Source of the DNA: Octopus bimaculoides
Lineage: Eukaryota
NCBI RefSeq assembly: GCF_001194135.2
Contig: NC_068982.1
Location: 48,211,228 to 48,275,227, forward strand
Direction of reading: 5' to 3'
DNA: 64,000 nt
The number at the start of each line of letters is the position of its first letter. The stretch's first letter is position 1. Below the pieces are notes generated by a model that saw only the letters and a list, made by a program, of their open reading frames with translations, searched no databases and was not told the DNA's origin. The position numbers and the translations under genes were made by a program. Below are positions 15,201-28,064 of the stretch, piece by piece.

Positions 15201-18200
15201 CTACTTTGCCTTTCATCCTTTCAGAGGTCAATAAATTAAGTACCAGTGAAACACTGGGGTTGATGTAATCGATTGTCCCCTTCCCCACAAAAATCCAGGC
15301 CTTGTGCCTATAGTAGAAAGGATTATTATTAGTAGTTGTAGTATTGTTTAGTATGGTGCAGGTGAAAGGCTTCCTCTCATCATGCACCTATAAAATGAAA
15401 AAATCCATTTACTTTTAGTAGCCATACTATTTCCTTTCTGCCTGCACCCCAACCACTTCTGTTGTGCCGTCTCATTTCATTCTTTTGCATGCCATTATTA
15501 TTTTCATGCTTGCTTTTTTCCGGAACTTAGTTCCCACTGTTTTCGTAATTGTCATTGTAATGTTCTGTCATCCATTGCTCTTGAGGCCAACAAAGAAATC
15601 ATCATCATTATTAATTATATTGAATATTTTGTTTTCCTTTTCTATCATTATTATTGTTCTTGACGTGTCTTATAATAGTTGGAATCGATGTTGTTGTTGA
15701 TGTTATTGTTATCTGACACATAATGTCAATGTTTTTTTGTTTGTTTTTTTTTTATCGTATGACAGATTGTGAATGCTATTGAAATAGTTTCTGATTTCTT
15801 TTATTTTTTATTCTTTTTCTTTTTCTTGTGACTATAAACATCATTTGGTTTTGTTGCCGCTGTTGTCATGGTGACAGCACATCACAAATATGATGCCATG
15901 ACTCTAATGCGTACATATTAAACCAACTGCACATGACAGTATATGTGCATTCTGTTGCTGTCTTACTGCTTGCACATGTCTAAACATTTCACATTTACAC
16001 ATGTGCTACCTTACTGCATGAATGTACAAGAGAAACGTTTCATGAATACAAACACAGCTAACACATGCACATATGCATTATATTGCTGTATAACTGAAAC
16101 AAATACATGTTTCCATTAATGTGTAACTTGTAACAATGCAAAAACACACACACTTACACACATGCAAAAAGACGCATTAGCTCACAAAATTACATATGTC
16201 TACATATTTTCATTATAATCCAATTCTGTAAATATCTATATATATAAGAATACATACATGCACAAACAATATAACACACACACAAAGTTTCTAATTTTTA
16301 ATTATTAGTGTTATGAAGTGACTCAAAGGCTGAAAGTTTCATGCATACCCATGATAAGGTCCATGCATGAAAATTTTTGCCATTTAGATAAAATTTATAT
16401 ATGTATATATTTCTATATATATATATAAACAATAAATTAAATAGAGAGCTACAATTGACAACCCAATAATTTATTTATATTATAATATTACATAATAGAC
16501 TATGAATATAACATTAAAAAATCATTAAAAAACAAAATAGCCAACAATTTGTTTTATACATCCCTTTGAAGGAATTCCTTTCCTTAGTTTGTTACTATAT
16601 ATATATATATATATATATCATCATAATCATCATCATCATCGTTTAACATCCGCTTTCCATGCTAGGACTGGTGAACCGAATGGCTGCACCAGGCTCGAAT
16701 CTAATCTGGCAGAGTTTCTACAGCTGGATGCCCTTCCTAATGCCAACCACTCCGAGAGTGTAGTGGGTGCTTTTATGTGCCACCGGCCATGCTCATGTGG
16801 TGTTTTTTACGTGCCACCTGTACAGGAGCCAGTTCAGCGGCACTGGCAATGACCTCGCTCGAATGTTTATTCATGTGCCACCGGCACAAGTGCCAGTAAG
16901 GTGACGCTGGTAACAAACATGTTCGAATAGTGCTTTTTACGTGCCACCGGTATGGAAGCCAGTCAGCTGCTCTGGCAGTGATCATGCTCGGACGGTGCTC
17001 TTAGTGCTCCACTGGCATAGGTGCCAGTCATTGAATTTGCAAATTTAATTTGATTTCGATTTAACTTGCCTCAACAGGTCTTTGCAAGCAGAGTTTAGTC
17101 TCCAATGAAGTGGGCTGGTTACACCCCTGGCATAGGCCACGTGTTATGGTCTCACTTGGCTTGCCAGGTCTTCTCATGCACAGCATATTTCCAAAGGACT
17201 CGGTCACTAGTCATTGCCTCAGTGAGACCTAATTTTCGAAGGTCGTCCTTCACAACCTCATCCCAGGTCTTCTTGGGTCTACCTCTTCCACAGGTTCCCT
17301 CAACTGCTAGGGTGTGGCACTTTTTCACACAGCTATCCTCATCCATTCTCGCTACATGACCATACCAACGCAGTCGTCTGTCTCGCACACCACATCTGAT
17401 GCTTCTTAGGTCCAACTTTAGACGCAAGCATGGTTGTGTGGTAAGAAGCTTGCTTCATAACTACATGGTTCTGGGATCAGTCTCACTGTGTAGCACCTTG
17501 GGCAAATGTCTTCTACTGTAGTCTTGGGCTGATCAAAGCCTTGTTAGTGAATCTGGTAGACAGAAACTGAAAGAAGTTCACCGTGTATATGTATGAGTGT
17601 ATGTCTTTGTGTCTATATTTGTTCACTACCAACACCAGACAACTGGTATTGGTGTGTTTACATCCCTGTAACTTAGTGGTTTGGCAAAAGAGACCAATGG
17701 AATAAGCACCAGAATTAAGAAAAAAAAAAAACTGACTGAGATCAATTCATTTGACTAAAAGTTCTTCAAGGCAGTGCTGAAACAAGATTAAAGTCCATGA
17801 AATATTTAGCTCTTTAAAATTAGTGGATATTTTCATTTCAGTTATTTAGCTGAGTTAATTATTATTGCTGGAGCTAGTTGCAAGGCAAGTTATAAGTAAT
17901 TTTAGTTATCAATTGGTTATCAGCCATAAACAATTTCCTTTTGTGTGTTAAGAATACGCACACACAAAATGGAACTTCATTAGTTTTAACACTGTGTATT
18001 CAAAAGTTTGATCAACTGAAATACCAGCTGGTTAAATTAGTGTGGTTGAGTATTCCACTCACTCATGTACTCTTAGTTAATATAATTCTCAAGTAGAATT
18101 AGTATGAAACTTTGTCAAAAGACTGGATCTTTGAACTACAGGTGCAGGCTATCCAACAAGTTTCAGCACAATTTTTGTTGACTTAATTTCATTCAAAAAA

Positions 18201-20718
18201 TCTTTGGTTCAACATTGGCTATATCGACAAATGTTTGCCTAAAATGACATATCATGAGATTGATCCCTGGAATTTGTGATTTTTGAAGACAAATACTTAA
18301 CCATTTGACCACGTTTCTACTATTATATATTTATAGCTATACTTACATGGTTGATCAGAGATGGGCCAGTGGCTCCTATGAATACATTATGGTGACTATG
18401 ACCAACATCATAACATATGCCACCAACGCCATCTTCCATCACCACCACTGCTATGACAACCACTTGAAAATACATCACAACAATTGGACCAACAATTGGA
18501 AAGTTGCTTGCACTAACAGTTGGTGAGTTGCAGCTGCTACTAACCCAAACATCAAGCGGTTTAACATAAAATAACAGAATTGATGTAAATACACATTTCT
18601 TGGATTTCTTCCTTCAGAAGATAGGCCTTTGTATTTTTTTGTAAAAGTTTCTACATTGTTAGAAGCTTTCTTTGTTTCCCCATTTCTTTCATTTTCTACG
18701 CACACACACACACACACATACACACACACTCTCTTTCTCTCTCTCTCACACACACACACATACTCTCTATCCCCCCCTCTCTCTCACACACACACATACT
18801 CACAAAACTGCACACACACACGTATATACAGTGGCACCATTCAATTTAAATACACTAGTATACTAATGTAAAAAATGGCATTTTTTATATATTCAAGTTG
18901 TAAATTGTGAATGAAGATGTATATCAAAATAAAGAAAATTTCACAAGCTTTAATATGGTATACAACTTTACAGCGTAACATCAACATATTAATTTTAAAT
19001 TAAAGATAAATCTTAATTATCATAATTTATAGCGCCATTTAATTTAAGAGCGATTTGTAAAATTTCATTTTTTGTTTTACGTAATTTATTCTAAAAGGAA
19101 CAAAAAAAAAAAAAANNNNNNNNNNNNNNNNNNNNNNNNNNNNNNNNNNNNNNNNNNNNNNNNNNNNNNNNNNNNNNNNNNNNNNNNNNNNNNNNNNNNN
19201 NNNNNNNNNNNNNNNNNNNNNNNNNNNNNNNNNNNNNNNNNCATTGAATTGTTCAGATCATTTATCACTGTTCTTGAGATTTTTTCTCAATTTTGGCTAA
19301 TAATGTAAAAAAGCATTCTGTATTCTTTGGCTTACTAGTTTGCACAGCTCTACCCATCCTTTCCCAAAAATTTTTGAAAGGATTTAGGTCAAGCTACTGC
19401 ATCAACCAAACTCTCTTAGACCTAATGTAATCTCTGACAAGGTGCGAGGTGTGTTTCAGGTTGTTGTCATGCCAGAAAGTCCAACATCAGCCCAAATGCT
19501 TTCGGGCATATGGAAGCATAGTCTTATCCAATATTTCTAGATAGGACTTATTATCGACAACGCCCTTGATTCAGATTATAGGACCAATGCCTTTTCCAGA
19601 CATGCACCCCCACACCATCACACTTCCACCAACATGTTTAATTGTAGGTTGGATGCATTCTGGATTATATTCTTCGCCTATTTGCCTTCTTACATACTTC
19701 CTGCCATCGCTGCTGAACAAACTGAACTTTGGCTCATCTGACCACAACACATTTGACCAATCTGTTGGACTCCAATTCAAATGTTCTTTTGTGAATTGTA
19801 TTCAGACATGTCAATTTTTTAAAGAAATATATGGCTTTTTGCAAGAGACTCTTCCTAGAAGTCCAAATTCTTTGAGACGGTTTTTTATGGTGGACATTTC
19901 AATGGTAAGTCCATATTTTTGCCAAATTTCTTTTAAAATGTCAACAGCAGTCATTTTTCACTTTTTTAGGCACAGTCTATGGCTATATCTTTCCATTCTT
20001 ACTCTTGATTGCCCAGGTCGAGAGTGGTCTTTATAATCATTAGTTTCTTTATAAAGATGGACAGTATTGTATATGTTTTAGAGCATCCAACTTCGTTTGA
20101 AATAGCTTTATATGACAATTTCAGTCAACTATGCTAAACAATCCTTACTCTGGTTTCTGGTGTTAAGTTTTGTCTCTTACCCATCACAGGGTGATTGTTG
20201 GACACTCTGCAGGACAAAAATAAGACCTGTCAAATGGCAGAAGAGATCATGAGCAGTCAACGGCCATCCAACAATGTGTACATGTGCATGTATGTATGTA
20301 TGTATGTGTGGGGGACATACATATATATGTATACGTATGCATGTATGTATGCATGTATATGTATGCATGTATGTATGTGGGAATACATAGGTTGGTGTTC
20401 AGGTGTGTAGTTGGTCCACTGGCAGTGGGAGGCTTCTCTGTTATTGTCATAGCATCTCTTTAGGAGAGGGAAACTCTGTGAGAAAACCTACAACGCTGAC
20501 AATATTTGATAATGTAGACTAGTTCTTTTCAAATTTATGTTGTCCAGGTTTAGAGAGCGGGATTGATTTGTGGAAATCCTTTCCCCACTATAAAAAAATC
20601 ATCATGTCCAGGCACCCCTGGAAAAAAAGTAAGAACTATCACAAAAATGGCTGGTTGTAGCCTTCACATTTGTGAGACTTCCAATCAGGTGATGGCAATA
20701 TTCGAACACGAGTTTGCA

Positions 20719-20761
<43 letters not shown>

Positions 20762-21029
20762 CGCTTATTGATTATATGCGTTTTGCTCCATTTATTATTC
20801 TTCATATCTACTCAAAATACATCACTTTAACATGCTATTTCTACCTATTAAATGGGTAATGGGTATGATATCCCAGTTTTTGTGTAATTTTTGCTACCCT
20901 GGTAACTATTAACATATTTGCATTATCGAAGTTTTTTCAACCGAGATAATATTAATATATGCATAAATTAAAATTTATATATATATATAATTAAACCTTG
21001 GGAGAAGCATTATGCCGGTAATACACATA

Positions 21030-21076
<47 letters not shown>

Positions 21077-23999
21077 CACCATATTCCATTCCATATTGGC
21101 TACCTCTGATGAGCATAGTTATATAATCGGATTGTTACTTAACACTCCGTTGTAACCCTAGTGCAGAACAAGTTGATAAGATCAGCTGTGATGGATATAT
21201 ATTACTGTACACTTTGGATAATATCATCATTATCATCATCATCGTTTAACGTCTGTTTTCCATGCTGGCATGTGTTGGACAGTTTGACTGGGAACTGGCA
21301 AGCCAGTAAGGCTGCACCAGGCTCCAATCTGATCTGGCAAGATTTCTGCAGCTGGATGTCCTTCCTAATGCCAACCACTCCGAGAGTGTAGTGGGTGCTT
21401 TTTATGCGCCACCAGCATGGGAGACAGTCAGGTGGCACTGGCATTGAGCATGTTTGGATGGCGCTTTTTATGTATATACAATTCAAATCTACAGATAAAC
21501 AACTTTCACCACAACTTTCTCTCACTCTTACTTCTTGTTTCTGTTGTGCCTGTAATTCAAAGGGCCAGCCTTGTCACACTGTGTCACGCTGAATATCCCC
21601 GAGAACTACTTTAAGGGTACACGTGTCTGTAGAGTGCTCAGCCACTTGCACGTTAATTTCACGAGCAGGCTGTTTCCTTCATCGTAAGTGACGGAGTGCC
21701 AACAACAACAATGTATACAATGTATCAATACCAAAACAATAAAATATGGAAGACAACATATGATCTTGAATAAATGAAACTATTTGCCTCATTTAACATT
21801 CAAGCGAAGAACTAATTAATGAAAGTTTACTGAAGTAACTGTAAGTCTCTAATCGTGACTAAAAATAACTGCTTTGTTACTGCTTACTTTTCCAGAAACT
21901 GATTTAATGGTAAAATCAATTAAATAACTCTGAGGACGTTTGCCAATTAGCTGGACTAATCTATCTCTGTATATAATAAATATATTTGTTTGTGGTTAAG
22001 TGTGTGTGTGTGTGGAGAGAGAGAGAGAGAGAGAAATATATGAAGAATGCATAAAAAGAGTGGTTTGGGTGAAGACATTAATGTTATTTACAAAACTAAA
22101 TTGAGGTGATTTATAATACTCGAAAAACCTTTGAAAGAAAAATGAAAGAGCACTGGCCAAAAATAACAGTATCAGACAGGCAAATGTAAGACTCTCTCTA
22201 AGGTTACATGACCTGCTAGAAATACCAGCCAAATTGCGTCAAATTATACACACTGCTGTCTTGACAAGAAGTGACTTGTGGAGTAATGTGGTTCTAGATA
22301 TAAACAAAATGATTGGACAGTCAGGTTTGGAATGTCTTTGATTATAAGCCTGCTCAATCATGGCTAATCTGCAACAACTCTAATAGAATCAGGAAGACAT
22401 AGCATGGAAAACATGTATATATGTGTGTATTGTGAGTGAGTGTGTGTGATGAGTGAGTGTGTGTGATGAGTGAGTGTGTGTGATGAGTGAGTGTCTGGTG
22501 TGCGTGTGGTGTGAGAGTGAGTGTGTGTGGTGTCTGAGTGAGTGTATGTGTGGTAGGTGAATGAGTGTGTGTGAGAGAGTGAGTGAGTGTGTGTGTGTGA
22601 GAGAGAAAGAGAGTGAGTGTGTTTGTGTGTATGTTGTGTCTCTGTCTGCCAATGCATACTGCTATTGGATGCACACACACATATTATCGTCCATTGCACC
22701 TGGTGGAATAAATTATATGGCAATGTGCCAAAGCTTGAGAAAGAAATTTCTCATGGGGTTAGTTCCTCGATCTACTCAATATAGTATTTAAATCTTACAT
22801 CTGCATGGCTTTTGATACTTTCCCCAAAGATAGAAATGGGTTTGCGTATGGTCAACACATCTACCTAAAAAAGAGTTACAGAAGCAGCGATGACAATTCA
22901 AAGCCTTGGAGAAGAAGGCCTTTCCTCATGGAAAGATAGCCCATCTGATCTTAACCTGGAACCAACAAAGGTGTCAGAAGAGAGGATTCTTGAAAAATAG
23001 CTAGAGGCAGGATACTTAGGCAGATCTGAAAAAGTAGGGATCCAATTGGAGAGAAGCAGAGAAGACAACCAAGTGTTGAGAACAATGGGAACAAAAATCA
23101 TCCATAGGGAATGAAGGGCTTCAATAAGTATGTTGATGGAATGAGTGTTGTTGTGAGTTCATTAATCATGTTTTTGTAAACTCTGGAAAGCATTATATGC
23201 AGAAGAAAAAGGCGGTGAGCTGGCAGAAACGTTAGCACAACAGGTGAAATGCTTAGCAGTATTTTGTCTGTCTTTACGTTCTGAGTTCAANNNNNNNNNN
23301 NNNNNNNNNNNNNNNNNNNNNNNNNNNNNNNNNNNNNNNNNNNNNNNNNNNNNNNNNNCGGGCCTTGTGCCTGGAGTAGAAAGGATTATATGCAGAAGAA
23401 AAACCTCCTCAGAGAAACGGAACTAAGATTACCCCAGAAATAATACTACAGAAATAAAAATGCTCTGTACAGTTTGAATCTCACCAGCAATAGCTTAACA
23501 CAATAAACATAAGTTACTATTATTAAAACCATAAAGTGTTGAAATGAAACAGTAATGGGAATCCATGGCACACACAAAAACATTTACTCAGTAATAACAA
23601 CAAAGTATAACCACTGTAAAAATATTAGGGAAGAGAGATACTAATACAATATGCAACACCAAGGTAAAATGTAGCATAGTGAAAAACCTTATCTCTCCAT
23701 AAGACATTTCTCAAAAGATCACACATTTTACTGACTTGTCAACAAAAAAATTGAAGCTGAGTTTCACCCACATTACAAACACATTTACCATTATTTTGGG
23801 GCCACAATACAAAAGCATTGCAAACCTCACATGAAGTTGCTAAACAAATTTCATCCTTCAGAGAGAAAATGGCTTAATACCTCAAAATATATATGATTAG
23901 GAGATGAAGGAGACACTTCAAAAATTAAATTTGCAATTCTGCCTAGTGTTGCAGTAATTGAAAATTGATCAAAGAACTATGGCCCCTATTTTATATATT

Positions 24000-24038
<39 letters not shown>

Positions 24039-24367
24039 CTAGAATCATGCCGGACGTGGAGGAGGAGTGAAAATAGTAATTCAGTAAAGGAGAAGTAGTG
24101 AGAGTAATAGCCCTGACTAAGGAGTGAGAAAAAGTAATAGCAATGAGAGAAAGGAAGGGGTGATAGATGAACAAGGAAGGAAGGGGTGAAAAAAAATCAA
24201 TGTCTCAACTCTGTGAGTATATGAGTGTATGTGTGTACAAGGAAAGTATGTGAATGTTTGTATGTGTGATTATTACGTACCTTATTTATATATAAAATAC
24301 TGCAATTAGCCATCATTATTGATGGCACGTGGTTAACTAGTTAGTAATAATAACTAATTGATGCCTA

Positions 24368-24442
<75 letters not shown>

Positions 24443-24856
24443 CCCATTTTTTTATTGAGGTTACAAATAGCTAAATTAAAAGCTCCAGAAAACTTTCAAA
24501 AGTTAGAACAGATATTAGAAAGAAGCCCTTGTAAAGGAAACATGATCAAAACACATAGAAAGACATGTTCCATTGTTTTGGAATCTAGTTCTTGTTGCTT
24601 CCACACTTTCACTTTTGACATCCATTTTCCTATGCTTGCATTGGTTGGATTGAATGGGGTTATTTGAGGTAGATTTTCTATGACCAGATGCCCTTCCTGT
24701 CACTAACCTTCTCCCATTTCCAAGCAAGGTACTATTTTCCCATAGTTAGACACGTTTTCCACAAAAGACTGTAAAGGAACAATCTTGCTTTTATGATGAT
24801 CATTTACAACCATCGTGTGATGTCTAGAGAAGACTACACACAAACATATTCACAAA

Positions 24857-24894
<38 letters not shown>

Positions 24895-25600
24895 TACCTG
24901 GCACCTCATTGGTTACGATGACAAGGGTTCCAGTTGATCCGGTCAATGGAACAGCCTGCTCATGAAATTAATGCGCAAGTGGCTGAGCACTCCACAAACA
25001 CATGTACCCTTAACGTAATTCTCGGAGATTTAGTGTGACACAGAGTGCGACAAAGCTGGCCCTTTGAAATACAGGACTACTCATTTTCACCAGCACAGTG
25101 GACTGGAGCAACATGAAATAAAGTGTCTTGCTCAAGGACACAACATGTCACTGGGAATTGAACTCGCGACCATATGACAACGAGCTAAATAACCTAACCA
25201 CTAAGCCATGCACCTTCACATATGTATGCATCTATACATTATGTATATTCATATTGATATTATTAAGACATATAGGAGCAAAATGGGTCAAAAGTGTAAT
25301 GATAGATAGAGAGGGAGAGAGAGAGAGAGAGAAAAGAGTGACAGTGACAAAAATAGGATGGTCAGGTATAATAGACCAGATCTTACAGCATACAACAAAG
25401 CAACAACAATGTATATATGTAAATGATTACCTTAGCGTTTGCATGGTAGTTTTCATTTAATAACTGCATTGATCACCAAAACAAAACTCATTAGCTAATT
25501 GTATTGATGACATTCCCTAGATAGCTGTACCAGTTAGTATGACAATATTTACGAGAGACACTCTGAGCGCACGCACTGCCATGGGTATGCATGTACGTTT

Positions 25601-25645
<45 letters not shown>

Positions 25646-27696
25646 CATGAATGTGTGTGTGGTGTTGTAAAACTTATTAGATAATTGTATGTTGTGAAAT
25701 CAATTACAAGAAAGCTGCAGTAAATGCAATGTGACAATCTTCAGATGATAATCTCACTCCCCCGTATACCACTACCACTATCACCAACAATCATCATCAC
25801 CACCACCACCACCATCACTGCAATATGCACTGTGGTGATATTCCTAAGAGCCTTTTGATAACTGAGTCTCCCCCGCACAAGTCATCACCTATCATTTGCC
25901 CATAATGACTAGATGGTCCTCATCGTTTTGATAGATGAACACACACCACTATTAAACTACATTCCAAGGCAGCAAGCTGGCACAACTGTTACCACACCAG
26001 GAAAAATTCTTAGTGGAATTTTATTTGGCTTTATGTTATGAGTTCAAATTCTGTTGTAGCCCACTTTGCATTTCATCCTTCTGGGGTTGATGAAATAAGT
26101 ACAATTTAGCCAGGCAACAGTAATAATGATTTCAAAGTCCTGCACAAGGCCAGTAATTTAAGAGGAAGGGTAAGTCGATAACATCGACCCCAGTGCTCAA
26201 CTGGTACTTATTTTATTGACCCTGAAAGGATGAAAGGCAAAGCTGACCTTAGCGGAATTTGAACTTAAAACAAAGAGGACGAAATTATGTTAAGCATTTT
26301 CCCCAGCTTGCTAACATTTCTGCTAGCTGTGTGTGTGCATGTGTATTAGTTGCATGTACCTTCGTTTTTATATTTATGTGTATGCGTGGCTGTATGTATC
26401 TATGCATGTGTATGAGTGTGTGTGTGTGTATGTGTATATATATAAATACACACACACACACCATTTTGAGCATGGCCGTTGCCAGTACCGCCTGACTGGC
26501 CTTCGTGCGGGTGACAAGTAAAAGCACCCACTACACTCTCTGAGTGGTTGGTGTTAGGAAGGGCATCCAGCTGTAGAAACTCTGCCAAATCAGATTGGAG
26601 GCTGGTGTTGCCATCCGGTTTCACCAGTCCTCAGTCAAATCGTCCAACCCATGCTAGCATGGAAAGCGGACGTTAAATGATGATGATGATGACAGCAATA
26701 ATCCTTTCAACTAAAGGCACAAAGCCTGAAGTTTGTGGGGAGTGGGATAGTCAATCATATCTACCCCAGTACTTGACTGGTACTTAATTTATCGACCCCA
26801 AAAGGTTGAAAGGCATAGTTGACCTCGGTGGAATTTGAACTCAGAATGTAAAGACTGTTGAAATGCCACTAAGCATTTTGCCCAGCACGCTAACAATTCT
26901 ACCAGATTGCTGCTTTAAAAGCAATAGTAATCATAATGTAAGTTTAAACTGCAACAACAACAAAAATTATGAGAGCTTAATCGTTGACACAACAACATTC
27001 AAATAATGTCAACTGCACTCACACAAATAGCTGAAAAGTTGATAACAACAACAACAAAAATAGCAACAACAAACAGACGCTGTGATGAAATCAAGTGAAA
27101 ACAACAAAATTACCAACAATGAACACAAAACAAACAACAACAACAAAAAAGATATAAATGGAGCAAAAACAAGACAACAACAACAATAACAACAACGACA
27201 GTTGAGACAACAAAAATATAAATAACAACAAAAGCTATAACAACTAAACCAAAAACAAAAACAAAAAACCCAAATAAAACTATATATCAAATTTTAAAAA
27301 TCAAATCAGTTTCCTAAATTCTGACGAGTTATCTTCCTTTGTCATCTCCCAAAGTCTAACACCTATCCATACTATGTAGAAGCCATTCCCCTGATGTTGA
27401 CGAGGCCAACACCTATGCATACGGTAGACACAGCAGAAACGATGACGTGTTAGTGTCTTGAGGCCATTTATCACTGTTAAGTGATGCCGTTTGTTCAGTA
27501 TCTCAAGAGTTTAATGCAGGAAACCATTGCTAGATTTTTTAATGAATAATGGGAGCTGAGATGGTGAAGATATCTGACAATCATTCCTAAGAATATATAT
27601 AGATTTTGTGTATATATGTGGCTGTATGTTTATATGTGCATTTGTGTGCATGTGTATGTGTGGATGTATGTATATATGTGCACATGTGTATGTGAG

Positions 27697-27735
<39 letters not shown>

Positions 27736-27785
27736 TATATGTATGTATATATATCTGTATATATATATCTGTATATATATCTGTG

Positions 27786-27816
<31 letters not shown>

Positions 27817-28029
27817 ATGTGTGTGTGTGTGCATGTGTATTAGTTGCATGTACTTTTGTTTTTATGTTTATGTGTATGCGTGGCTGTATGCATTTATGCA
27901 TGTGTATGAGCGTGTGTGTGTATGTGTATATATATACATACACACACAATTACATGATAAAAATATTTAAGCATAAAATTATTAAATCAATAAAAGATTA
28001 ATAACGTTTATGTGATTGTGTGTATGTAA

Positions 28030-28064
<35 letters not shown>

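Noticed and set aside
21100-21140. CTGATGA hammerhead-like core
   Set aside because: No following stem II and GAAA
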